NCBI GenBank assembly: GCA_963668315.1
Contig: OY764216.1
Coordinates: 4,896,001-4,960,000 of the forward strand
Length of the DNA: 64,000 nt
Direction: 5' to 3'
From: Spirochaetia bacterium
GTDB taxonomy: Bacteria > Spirochaetota > Spirochaetia > DSM-2461
The notes below the pieces were generated by a model, which worked only from the letters and a program-made list of their open reading frames with translations, was not told where the DNA came from and ran no database searches. The position numbers and the translations under genes were made by a program. Below, in pieces: positions 38,094-47,493 of the stretch (its first letter is position 1; every line of letters begins with the position of its first letter).

Positions 38094-38870
38094 TCAGACG
38101 TAGGCCACCCCGTGCTTCTTCTGTTTTTTTATTTCATACATGGTCTGATCGGCTTTTTTTAGAAGAACATCCATATCTTCCCCATGGTCGGGATAGACCG
38201 AAACGCCCATACTGGCCTTGACCGAAATAGTCACATCCTTAAAGGTTCGCGGTTTTATAATGGCATGGGAGATTCTCTCCGCCAGGGGATGAATGATCCG
38301 GGAGTCAGCTCCCAACGAGAACAGAACCACCAGTTCATCGCCGCCTATCCGCGCCACCATATCCCCTTCGCGAACCACATGATTCAGATCCTCGCCCACC
38401 GACTTGAGAATAAAATCACCGAAGTCATGGCCATAGGTATCGTTCATTATCTTGAAGTCGTTTAGGTCGATATAGAGAAGAGCATATTTCCCGCCTTTTT
38501 CCTCCATCACCAGGCTTTCAAAAAACTCTTCCAGAACGTATCTGTTATAAAGATTCGTCAGCGGATCCCGCTCCGCCTTTGTCTTTCGGCGGAAATCTCT
38601 GTTTCGGGGAGACACAGATTAAAGGATTTATGGAACTGAAAATAGAGAAGATTCATCATTCCGCAGCTGAGCAGCGTGGTGTAAAGAACCAGATACTTGT
38701 CCATTCTCAAGGAAGCCAGGAACATGAGAATCGGGTAGAGAAGTATGGCAGCCGATGTGGCCGTGAGGATGGGGGAATTAAAAGCGGCATCGTAGTAGTT
38801 GTAGGTGGCGATGGAAAAAACATTCAGTGTCAGTCCCGGAGAGACGGTTGTCAACAATACAGTGAGAGGG
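38094..38870 (-). pseudogene. Disrupted membrane-bound diguanylate cyclase (5'-truncated TM fragment frameshifted from a GGDEL domain)
   Basis: The hydrophobic fragment 38558-38857 has no credible start and overlaps, in another frame, the ORF 38094-38615 carrying 'DPLTNLYNR', 'DLNDFK.MNDTYGH..GD' and 'RIGGDEL'. Confidence 0.65.
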
Positions 38871-38943
38871 GCGGCTCCTTTGTCTATTGAGCCGGCGGTT
38901 TATTCAGCTTGACTTTATATATATTTATCAATATATTAAAAAA

Positions 38944-39534
38944 ATGAATTTTCGCTGGTTTTACCTTCTTACTATTACCTATTTTCTCCTGCCCATGGTG
39001 AATATCCTGTTTGCCTTCTCGGCCATCTTTTGTATGACCCTTCCTTTCATTCTTCTGAGCCGGACAGGAAAAAAGACCTGGTGTGCCGCCATCTGCCCCC
39101 GGTCTCACTTTCTCTCAAAACTGAAATTTCTCAATATCGGAATAAAGTCGCCCCGCCGGCTTACGGGCGAAAACATGGGGCGAAACATGCTCTCTTACTT
39201 TGGAATCAACCTCTTTTTTATAACCCTGTCGACACTGATGGTATCCATAGGAAGGATCGCCCCTATCGATAAGATACGTCTTCTCATCGTCTTTCAGCTC
39301 CCCTTCGGGCTTCCCCAGCTGATCCCTTTCCACACCCTTCCTGCCCCTTTGCTACATCTGGGATACCGGTTTTATTCGCTTATGCTCACCTCAACGCTTA
39401 TCGGTATAGGACTCGCCGTACTCTTCAAACCGAGAACCTGGTGCGCCATCTGTCCCGTCAATACCCTGAGCACCAGTCTGCTTGGGAAAATCCCCCCTAA
39501 CCCCGACGAGGAGAACCATGAAAAAACAATTTAA
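38944..39534 (+). CDS. Small integral-membrane Fe-S protein (NapH/Fer4_5-like, two Cys-Pro motifs)
   Basis: 'TWCAAICPRS' and 'PRTWCAICPVNT' between TM helices. ATG 38944 lies 6 nt after a -10 box (TTGACT-17-TATATT) with no SD. Confidence 0.78.
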   Translation: MNFRWFYLLTITYFLLPMVNILFAFSAIFCMTLPFILLSRTGKKTWCAAICPRSHFLSKLKFLNIGIKSPRRLTGENMGRNMLSYFGINLFFITLSTLMVSIGRIAPIDKIRLLIVFQLPFGLPQLIPFHTLPAPLLHLGYRFYSLMLTSTLIGIGLAVLFKPRTWCAICPVNTLSTSLLGKIPPNPDEENHEKTI

Positions 39535-40084
39535 TCCGGCCAAACTGGAAAAGCTCAACAATCCCGCCCGGCTGGAGATGATAGATCCCCTTTACATCTG
39601 GGAAAGGCTGAAGATGAAACACCATGATATCAAAGTGGAGATAGGAGCCGGAACAGGTCTCTTCAGCCGGGCCTTTCAGAAACTATCGGGAAAGGGAAAA
39701 ACCATGGCCCTCGATATCTCCCCGGAAATGGTGGCCTATATGGAGGAGCATGGGACGGTGGACGGCACAGCCATACAGCCCATCCTCGTATCGGACGGCC
39801 GCCTGCCCCTGGAGGACGGTTCGGCCGACCTGGTCTATATGATTACGGTTCATCATGAACTTGACGATCCCGATGGCATGCTCAGGGAGGCTCATCGTAT
39901 TTTGAGAAAGGGGGGCCGTCTTTTCATTGTCGACTGGAACGGAAATAATCTGGCCATGGGACCTTCCGCCGCTATTCGCTGTGCTCCGGAACAGGTCGCT
40001 TCCCAGCTTGAGAAAGCCGGTTTTTCCAACGTAACAATCGATCCCGGTTTCGAAAACTTTTTCCTTGTCCTGGCGGACAGCTGA
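39518..40084 (+). CDS. Class I SAM-dependent methyltransferase
   Basis: 'EIGAGTGLFS', 'LDISPEM', 'ADLV', 'VHHE' and 'RILRKGG' motifs. GAGGAG SD. Overlaps the previous gene. Confidence 0.88.
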   Translation: MKKQFNPAKLEKLNNPARLEMIDPLYIWERLKMKHHDIKVEIGAGTGLFSRAFQKLSGKGKTMALDISPEMVAYMEEHGTVDGTAIQPILVSDGRLPLEDGSADLVYMITVHHELDDPDGMLREAHRILRKGGRLFIVDWNGNNLAMGPSAAIRCAPEQVASQLEKAGFSNVTIDPGFENFFLVLADS

Positions 40085-40212
40085 TAGCCGGCTGGAAATC
40101 TCCCACCGTTTTTGACCCTTTTTTATCCCCCGAACCGGAATAAACGGCCTATTCCGTTTGAACAGGCCGGCGGGGCCGGTATATAATCTTCCTGCCACAG
40201 GGGAGGAAAGCC

Positions 40213-41010
40213 ATGGCTTTGGTATACTGCAGCTACGGAACTCGTGATTACTGGACAAAACCCATCAGCCTGAGCAGACGGGGATACTGGGAGTTCCAGT
40301 TTACGATTTCGGGCAGAAGCCTTCCCACCCTGCCCGAAGGGGAGAAACCCTCCTGGAAAGAGGGGGATAATTTCTGGATTTCCACCCCCGATTCGATACA
40401 CGGCTGGACCTCGGCCGACAAGGATGTATCGGAAGTTGCGGTTTTCCATTTTACCGATATCCCCGAATCCCTTCTCAATATTTTCCAGAACAGGACCATG
40501 ATCTCGACCAGACTGGACAGGGATCAGCTTAAGGAGATGCTTGTCCTGGCCCGTGAAATAGCCCCCCAGGTTCTCTCCCCCCAATACACCAGTCCCGTGG
40601 AATTCGATCTTTGCTGCCACAGATTAAGCCTGATCTATCTGCGCCGCATAGAAGAGCGGCTGACAAACCTTTCATGGGACTATCACTCACAGATAGCCAA
40701 CGCCTCGGTCGCCTGGTACTGCTCCCATATGAATGAGGGCATCGGAATCAAGGAAACCGCCGAAAAAATGGGATACAGCGTCAGTCAGCTCAGAAAGATA
40801 TTCAACAAGACCAGAGGGGTCAAACCCAGCAAGATTTTCGAAGAGTGCCGTCTGGAGAGGGCAAAGGAGCTCCTTGAGAACTCCCGTATGTCCATAATAG
40901 AGATATCCCTGGAGTGCGGATACAGTGACCAGAGTTCATTCACGCGAGCTTTTAAGAAATATTTTGAACTATCGCCCATAAAATTCAAAAAAAAGCCAAA
41001 TCCAGTATAA
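40213..41010 (+). CDS. AraC family transcriptional regulator (cupin N-terminus)
   Basis: 'RLERAKELL...MSIIEISLECGYSDQSSFTRAFKKYF..SP' motif. Confidence 0.88.
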   Translation: MALVYCSYGTRDYWTKPISLSRRGYWEFQFTISGRSLPTLPEGEKPSWKEGDNFWISTPDSIHGWTSADKDVSEVAVFHFTDIPESLLNIFQNRTMISTRLDRDQLKEMLVLAREIAPQVLSPQYTSPVEFDLCCHRLSLIYLRRIEERLTNLSWDYHSQIANASVAWYCSHMNEGIGIKETAEKMGYSVSQLRKIFNKTRGVKPSKIFEECRLERAKELLENSRMSIIEISLECGYSDQSSFTRAFKKYFELSPIKFKKKPNPV

Positions 41011-41273
41011 ATTACCTATTTTTTTAATACAAATATACTTATATAATTTCCACAACTTATTTGTCTGTTTATCAGTAAATATATCCCAATCTCCCTGTGA
41101 TCGAAAATGCTAAATTCCGGGATTGTTTATGCAAAGAATTATCCCACCATCCATAGTAGAGTAAGCTGTGTTTTACAGATCTTCGTTTATTTTATGAAAA
41201 GAATTATTTGAATTCATACGATCCTGCGGAGAGTCCCTCGCCGTTAACTTTAATTAGAGAGAGATGCTCAGAT

Positions 41274-42188
41274 ATGAATAAAAAGCTGCATGACAATTTA
41301 ACTTCCTATGCCTTTCTGACGCCCTGGCTTATCGGTTTTTTCGCCCTGACCCTTTATCCCATGTTCTCCTCCCTGTACCTGGCCTTTACCCAGTACAGCC
41401 TCAGGCAGCCCCCCATGTGGATAGGATTCCGGAACTTCATAACCATGTTCGGAGGAAATGAAACAATAAGGGGGGATGAGCGTTTTCTGAACTCCGTGGT
41501 CGTCACCTTCAAGTTCGTGTTTCTTTCGGTCCCCCTCAAGCTGATTTTTGCCCTGGCCGTGGCGATGCTGATGAATAAAAAGCTCCGTCTCATCGGCCTC
41601 TATCGGGCCCTTTACTATATCCCCACCCTCCTGGGCGGTTCCGTGGCTATCGCGGTTCTCTGGCGGCGGATGTTCGCCGGCGACGGTCTTCTCAACCTTA
41701 TCCTGATGAAGCTGTTAGGCCTCTCCGACCTTCCCTCGTGGATATCCAATCCCAAATACGCCCTGGGAACGCTTATTCTTCTGGCGGTCTGGCAGTTCGG
41801 TTCGCCCATGATCATTTTCCTGGCCGGGCTTCAGCAGATTCCCAAGGAGTTCTACGAGGCGTCCAGCGTGGACGGGGCCGGAAAGATACGCCAGTTTTTC
41901 GCCATCACCCTCCCCGGACTGTCACCGATCATCTTCTTCAACCTGGTTATGCAGATGGTCAGCGCCTTCCAGTCCTTTACCCAGGCTTTTATCGTCTCCG
42001 GCGGATCGGGAGGTCCCCTGGATTCGACCATGTTCTACAGCCTTTACCTCTACATCAAAGGATTCGGCTTTTCAGAGATGGGATACGCCGCCGCCATGGC
42101 ATGGGTTCTCCTCCTTATCATAGCCGGTCTTACCATAGTAGCCTTTAAGGTTTCCGGCAATCTGGTAACCTACGGAAGCGGAGAGTAA
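41274..42188 (+). CDS. Carbohydrate ABC permease 1 (YesP/TogM-like)
   Basis: 'FLTPWLIGF', 'YYIPTLLGGSVAIAVLWR' and 'WQFGSPMIIFLAGLQQIP..YEASSVDGA' motifs. Confidence 0.9.
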   Translation: MNKKLHDNLTSYAFLTPWLIGFFALTLYPMFSSLYLAFTQYSLRQPPMWIGFRNFITMFGGNETIRGDERFLNSVVVTFKFVFLSVPLKLIFALAVAMLMNKKLRLIGLYRALYYIPTLLGGSVAIAVLWRRMFAGDGLLNLILMKLLGLSDLPSWISNPKYALGTLILLAVWQFGSPMIIFLAGLQQIPKEFYEASSVDGAGKIRQFFAITLPGLSPIIFFNLVMQMVSAFQSFTQAFIVSGGSGGPLDSTMFYSLYLYIKGFGFSEMGYAAAMAWVLLLIIAGLTIVAFKVSGNLVTYGSGE

Positions 42189-42192
42189 AAGA

Positions 42193-43044
42193 ATGATCAA
42201 TATCAACGCCAAAGAAACGACAAAGTCCCTGCTTCTGAACCTATTTATTCTTCTCCTCGGTTTCGGAATGCTCTACCCGATCCTGTGGCTTATCGGAGCC
42301 TCCTTCAAGCCCAGCAACATGATCTTCACCGACCCGGGCATACTTCCCAAGTCCTTCCACTTCGGGAACTATTCCGAAGGCTGGAAAGGTATCGGCATCG
42401 TCGGGTTCGGAACCTTCTTCAAGAACAGTTTCACCATCTGTATCCTCAGCGCCCTGGGAAACGTTATTTTCTGTTCCCTCACGGCCTACGCCTTCGCCCG
42501 GCTGAACTTCGTGGGAAAGAAAGTGTGGTTCGCCGTCATGATGCTGACCCTTATGCTGCCGGCCCACGTCACGACGATTCCCCGGTATATCATGTTCCGC
42601 TCCTTCGGCTGGATCAACACCTTCCTGCCCATCGTCGTTCCCAAGTACTTTGCTACCGACGCCTTCTTTATCTTTCTTCTCGTTCAGTTCATCCGCGGTC
42701 TTCCCCGGGATCTGGATGAATCGGCCTATCTGGACGGCTGTTCCAAGTTCGGGATTTTCACCCGGATCATCATGCCCCTGACCACTCCGGCGGTCATCTC
42801 CACGGTGCTTTTCTCCTTTCTGTGGACCTGGGACGACTTTTTCAATCAGCTTCTCTACCTGACGTCGCCCAACAAATATACGGTCCCCATGGGCCTGAGA
42901 CTCTTCCTCGACGCTTCGGGAAAATCGTCCTGGGGCCCCATGTTCGCCATGTCGGTTCTCTCACTGTTTCCGGCATTCATACTCTTCTTTTCCCTGCAGA
43001 AATACTTCGTCAAGGGAATCGCCACTACAGGAATAAAGGGCTGA
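42193..43044 (+). CDS. Carbohydrate ABC permease 2 (YesQ/TogN-like)
   Basis: 'ATDAFFIFLLVQFIRGLPRDLDESAYLDGC' and 'GIATTGIKG' motifs. Confidence 0.9.
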   Translation: MININAKETTKSLLLNLFILLLGFGMLYPILWLIGASFKPSNMIFTDPGILPKSFHFGNYSEGWKGIGIVGFGTFFKNSFTICILSALGNVIFCSLTAYAFARLNFVGKKVWFAVMMLTLMLPAHVTTIPRYIMFRSFGWINTFLPIVVPKYFATDAFFIFLLVQFIRGLPRDLDESAYLDGCSKFGIFTRIIMPLTTPAVISTVLFSFLWTWDDFFNQLLYLTSPNKYTVPMGLRLFLDASGKSSWGPMFAMSVLSLFPAFILFFSLQKYFVKGIATTGIKG

Positions 43045-43071
43045 TAACCCTTAAAATATTTGGAGGAAAAA

Positions 43072-44346
43072 ATGAAAAAAATCTTTATGATTTCTTTAGT
43101 AACCATGGCTCTCGTATCGGCCGTTTTCGCGAACGGCAAGTCCGATGCGGCGGCCGCAGACGACGGAACCATCCGATGGGCCTACTGGGGAAGCGGTGAG
43201 CGCGTCACCATCAGCCAGGAAGCGATTGATCTGTACCAGTCCAGAAATCCCGATATCAAAATCAATCCGGAAGTATCCGGCGGTGCGGGAGACCACTTTG
43301 TAAAGGTCGATACCCAGCTGGCCGGAGGAATGGGCCCGGACATTATCCAGATGGGAGGCAATATCTATGACTACAGCGACGTGATTCTTCCCCTGGATGC
43401 CTATGCCGGAACCCTTCTGGATGTAGACGCCATCGACGACAGCGCCATCGCTTCCGGTACCATCAACGGCGAACTCAAGGGAGTTTCCACCGGTGTTACC
43501 ATGCCGGCCCTTGTCTATAATAAAAGCCTGATCGAAAAAGCGGGAGTTCCCCTCCCCTCTTTCTCCATGACCTATGGCGAATTCCGGGACTACCTGATGC
43601 TGCTCAAGTCCAAACTCCCCAGCGGCGTTTACCCCATGCAGGATATCGGCGTAACTTCCAGCAGTTCCACCGCCTTCGGATACTGGACACGCTACAACGG
43701 CACTCCCCTTTATAATGCCGATTCCAACACAACCGGTGTAACAGCCGCCGCCGGTAAGAAATATCTCGATCTTTTCAAGGATTACCGGGACAACGGTCTC
43801 GTACCTCCCCCGGATGTTGCCGCGGGCTACGCCGAATCCAACGCGGACACTTCTGCTCTTATCGCCGGTAAAGTGGCCATTGCCTTTCTCTTTACCAATC
43901 AGCTGAGCGGATACCAGGCCGCCACCACCGATGAGCTTGATTTCATCGAATTCCCCGGCGCCGCCGCTACCAAAGCTCTGTGGCAGGCTCCCAGTCAGTT
44001 CTACACGGTGAACAAGGAGTCCAAGAATATCGAGGAGACGGTGAAATTCATAAACTTCCTCGTTAACGATCCCGATGCCGCCAAGATTCTGGGAAGCAAC
44101 CGGGGAGCCTCCGCCTCCTCCACGGCCCGTGCCGCCGGAGCTTCTTCCGCAACGGACCAGAAAGTTTTCGATTATCTTGGAAAATCCTCCGACCACTCCT
44201 CCCTGGAAACGGATCACGTTCCGAACGATACGGAATTCAACAGCACCCTGTTCCTGATCTACCAGAGAGCGGCCTTCGGCCAGATCGATACGACCGAAGG
44301 GGGAGCTCAGATTTACGATCTGATTACCCGCATGATCTCCAAATAA
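43072..44346 (+). CDS. Carbohydrate ABC substrate-binding protein (YesO/TogB-like)
   Basis: Signal peptide ending 'VFANGKSD', plus 'YWGSGER', 'PDIIQM' and 'KFINFLVND..AAKILG..RG'. Confidence 0.88.
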   Translation: MKKIFMISLVTMALVSAVFANGKSDAAAADDGTIRWAYWGSGERVTISQEAIDLYQSRNPDIKINPEVSGGAGDHFVKVDTQLAGGMGPDIIQMGGNIYDYSDVILPLDAYAGTLLDVDAIDDSAIASGTINGELKGVSTGVTMPALVYNKSLIEKAGVPLPSFSMTYGEFRDYLMLLKSKLPSGVYPMQDIGVTSSSSTAFGYWTRYNGTPLYNADSNTTGVTAAAGKKYLDLFKDYRDNGLVPPPDVAAGYAESNADTSALIAGKVAIAFLFTNQLSGYQAATTDELDFIEFPGAAATKALWQAPSQFYTVNKESKNIEETVKFINFLVNDPDAAKILGSNRGASASSTARAAGASSATDQKVFDYLGKSSDHSSLETDHVPNDTEFNSTLFLIYQRAAFGQIDTTEGGAQIYDLITRMISK

Positions 44347-44375
44347 GACATCGTATTATTTAACACATTCATAGA

Positions 44376-44411
44376 AGAGGGCAGACATGAAAGCGTCTGC
44401 CCTCTCTCTTT
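44376..44411 (+). terminator. Stem-loop after SBP gene
   Basis: AGAGGGCAGAC-N8-GTCTGCCCTCT followed by a pyrimidine run. Confidence 0.6.
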
Positions 44412-44429
44412 ACAAAAGGAAGTGCTCCA

Positions 44430-45338
44430 TTGATAAAAAGAGAAGAAATACAGATCCGCGACCCCTTCGTCTTCGCAGAGGAGAAGGAGGGGAAGTACTA
44501 CCTCTTCGGTACAACCGACAAGAACCCCTGGAATCAGAAAGGAGTGGGCTTTGACGCCTACGTAAGCACAGACCTGGAAAACTTTGATGGTCCCTATCAG
44601 GTGTTTACACCTTCTGAAACATTCTGGGGAACCCATGATTTCTGGGCGCCCGAGGTTCATAAGTTCCAGGACAAATACTATCTTTTTGCCAGTTTCACTT
44701 CCGATTCCCGCCGCCGGGGAACCCAGATTATGGTCTCCGATGTTCCTCTTGGCCCCTATCGGCCCCTCGTCAACGACGCAGTCACGCCGGGAGAGTGGGA
44801 ATGTCTGGATGGGACCCTCTATGTGGACGGGAAAAATACCCCCTGGATCGTCTTCTGCCACGAGTGGGTCCAGGCCAATGACGGGGCGATCTATGCCATG
44901 CCCCTGAGCAGTGATCTCTCCCGGAGCGCCGGGGAGCCCCGCCTTCTCTTCAACGCTTCCGCCGCCCCCTGGTCCTGCCCGCGTGAGAGGCGTGACGGTT
45001 CGGGAATTTGCGATGCCCGGATTACCGACGGCCCCTTCATGCACCGGCAAAATGACGGCCTCCTTATCATGCTCTGGTCCAGTATCGGAGATAAGGGTTA
45101 TGCCATGGGCTGTGCCCTTTCCGAATCGGGAGAGCTGGGAGGCCCCTGGAAGCAGAGTCCCGAACCTCTTATCTCCCAGGACGGGGGCCATGGGATGGTT
45201 TTTACCGATTTTACCGGCGAACTGCAGCTGACCTACCACACACCTAACAAGACACCCTTTGAGCGCTTTGTCTATCAGGGTGTAAAAGAAACGGAGAAAG
45301 GACTGATCCTGTCCGATACAGCAGAGGAGAAAAAATGA
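44430..45338 (+). CDS. Glycoside hydrolase family 43
   Basis: 'IRDPF', 'FWAPEVH', 'CLDGTLY', 'HEW.Q', 'TDGPF' and 'DGGHG' motifs. TTG start. Confidence 0.85.
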   Translation: MIKREEIQIRDPFVFAEEKEGKYYLFGTTDKNPWNQKGVGFDAYVSTDLENFDGPYQVFTPSETFWGTHDFWAPEVHKFQDKYYLFASFTSDSRRRGTQIMVSDVPLGPYRPLVNDAVTPGEWECLDGTLYVDGKNTPWIVFCHEWVQANDGAIYAMPLSSDLSRSAGEPRLLFNASAAPWSCPRERRDGSGICDARITDGPFMHRQNDGLLIMLWSSIGDKGYAMGCALSESGELGGPWKQSPEPLISQDGGHGMVFTDFTGELQLTYHTPNKTPFERFVYQGVKETEKGLILSDTAEEKK

Positions 45339-47422
45339 GCCCCATTGACCGAAAAGCCCTGGTAAAAAGACACAATCCCGTAATGAAGACATGGCAGCCG
45401 GAGAGCCCCCTTTCCCTCGGCAACGGGGATTTCGCCTATACGGCGGATATCACGGGTATGCAGACCTTCGGGGATAATCCGGACGGATGCATCCCCCGGT
45501 GCACGATGAGCCAGTGGGGCTTCCACTCCTATCCCGATGCTCCGGAGAGCGATGGGGATTTACGCCTGCAGGAGTTTGCCTGCGGAGAGAGAACGGTGGG
45601 CTACATGACCGATGACCGGGGTCAGGAAGAGCTCTATCACGGTTTACGCCTTAATCCCCACCGCTTTCATCTGGGCAAAGCCGGTCTTTATATCGATGCC
45701 GCCGAGGAGGATGCGGCCGGTCCCCTCTCAGAGAGACTCCTGGACTCCCGGATGGAGAAAACGGAGCAGACCCTGGACATGTGGACGGGAAAACTGACCA
45801 GTACCTTTCGACTCGACGGCCGTCCCGTGAAAGTGGAAAGCCTCTGCCACCCTTCCCTCGATCTGCTCTCCTTCCGTTTGGAATCGCCCCTGCTGAAGGA
45901 AGGAAAAATCGGCCTGGATCTGAGGTTTCCCTGCCCCTCCCACGAAAAGGAAGGAGCCGACTGGTCAAAACAATCCGCCCACACTTCGGTTCTGGAAGCC
46001 CGGACGCCCTTCAACTATGCCGTCAACCGGGAACTGGACAGCTTTCGCTATGAGGTTCTCGTCGGTTTCAACGGGGAATCGGCCGTTTCCGTGAAGGAGA
46101 GAGGAGAACATCGCTGGGTGTTCACATCGGAGGGGGATGTTCTGGAATTTTCCCTGCTTTTCCGCGAGGCCGGTTCCTCTCCGGCAGACCTGCCCCTTTA
46201 CGGGGAGACGGAAGAGGCCTGCCGAAAGCATTGGAACGCCTTCTGGCAGGAAGGAGCAGCCGTCTCTTTCGAGGGAAGTACCGATAAAAGGGCCATGGAG
46301 CTGGAGAGACGGGTCGTCCTCTCCCAGTACCTTCTGGCACTGCAGAGCCTGGGTTCCCTTCCGCCGGCGGAGACGGGACTGACCTGCAACAGCTGGTACG
46401 GTAAGTTCCATCTGGAAATGCACATCTGGCACGCCCTTCACGGACTTCTCTGGAACAGGGCAGATCTGGTGGAACGCAGCCTGGGATGGTACGGAGAGAT
46501 TCTCCCCTCGGCCCGGCGAAGGGCGGAAAAGCAGGGTTACGCCGGTGTCCGGTGGCCCAAAATGACCGACAAAACCGGCAGGGACAGCCCCTCCCCCATT
46601 GGAACGCTCCTGTGCTGGCAGCAGCCCCATATCATCCTTTTTGCCGAACTGCTCTACCGGGTGAACCGGGAGGAGCGGGTACTGCATCAGTATGCCGAAA
46701 GGGTCTTTCAGACCGCCGAATTCATGGCCGACTACCCCCTCCGGGATGAAGAGAAGCAACGCTATATACTCGGCCCCCCCCTCATCCCCGCCCAGGAGAA
46801 CCACGCCCCGGAGGATACGGTGAATCCCGTTTTTGAACTGGAATACTGGCGCTGGGGGCTGAAGACGGCTCTGGAATGGAAAAAAAGACTCGCCGAGGAA
46901 GCCCCCGGAAAATGGGAAGAGGTGCTGACACGATTGAGCGCCTGCCCTACCGATCCGCAGGGGGAAAAGTACCTGGCCCACGAGAATTGTCCCGATACCT
47001 ACGGCCGCTACGCCACCGACCACCCCTCCATGCTCATGGCCTTCGGCCTGCTTCCCCCCCAGTCGATTGATCCCTCCCTTATGTCGAACAGTTTCGATGC
47101 CGTACGGGAGAGCTGGCGGTTTCCCACCATGTGGGGCTGGGACTTCCCGACCATGGCCATGACCCTGGCCCGGCTGGGACGGAGGAAAGACGCCGTGGAC
47201 ATGCTGCTTCTGGATTCGGACAAGAATACCTATGTGCTTAACGGCCACAACCGCCAGGTCGGCTCCGATGACCTTCCCCTCTATCTTCCCGGCAACGGGG
47301 GACTGCTCATCGCCGTGGCCATGATGGCCGCCGGCTGGGACGGTTCCGCAGGCGGAGCTCCGGGATTCCCCGATGACGGCAGCTGGAAAGTCCGTTGCGA
47401 GGGGATGGCCCCTTATCTGTAA
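45335..47422 (+). CDS. Six-hairpin (alpha/alpha)6 glycosidase-like protein (GH65/GH95-like clan, substrate unknown)
   Basis: 'IDRKALV.RHNP', 'LSLGNG.FAYTAD.TG.QT', 'ELERRVVLSQY', 'NSWYGKFHLEM', 'WGWDFP' and 'YLPGNGGLL' motifs. ATGA overlap with GH43. Confidence 0.72.
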   Translation: MSPIDRKALVKRHNPVMKTWQPESPLSLGNGDFAYTADITGMQTFGDNPDGCIPRCTMSQWGFHSYPDAPESDGDLRLQEFACGERTVGYMTDDRGQEELYHGLRLNPHRFHLGKAGLYIDAAEEDAAGPLSERLLDSRMEKTEQTLDMWTGKLTSTFRLDGRPVKVESLCHPSLDLLSFRLESPLLKEGKIGLDLRFPCPSHEKEGADWSKQSAHTSVLEARTPFNYAVNRELDSFRYEVLVGFNGESAVSVKERGEHRWVFTSEGDVLEFSLLFREAGSSPADLPLYGETEEACRKHWNAFWQEGAAVSFEGSTDKRAMELERRVVLSQYLLALQSLGSLPPAETGLTCNSWYGKFHLEMHIWHALHGLLWNRADLVERSLGWYGEILPSARRRAEKQGYAGVRWPKMTDKTGRDSPSPIGTLLCWQQPHIILFAELLYRVNREERVLHQYAERVFQTAEFMADYPLRDEEKQRYILGPPLIPAQENHAPEDTVNPVFELEYWRWGLKTALEWKKRLAEEAPGKWEEVLTRLSACPTDPQGEKYLAHENCPDTYGRYATDHPSMLMAFGLLPPQSIDPSLMSNSFDAVRESWRFPTMWGWDFPTMAMTLARLGRRKDAVDMLLLDSDKNTYVLNGHNRQVGSDDLPLYLPGNGGLLIAVAMMAAGWDGSAGGAPGFPDDGSWKVRCEGMAPYL

Positions 47423-47493
47423 GGAAACCGGTTCCCCCGCTCTCCCCTTAACCATGAGGCCAGGCGATGTGAGGATATACCGTGAATCGGAGA

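Noticed and set aside
41160..41273. Possible riboswitch in the leader of the second ABC operon (GGAGAG...CGCCG)
   Set aside because: Only a few bases resemble glycine or fluoride aptamers, and the supporting stems are absent.
45965..47455. Long antisense ORFs (496 aa here; also 27531-28757, 43096-44217, 50177-51208, 61680-62831 and others)
   Set aside because: These are shadow frames of well-supported genes, expected from GC-biased codon usage. They show no recognisable motifs or SDs.
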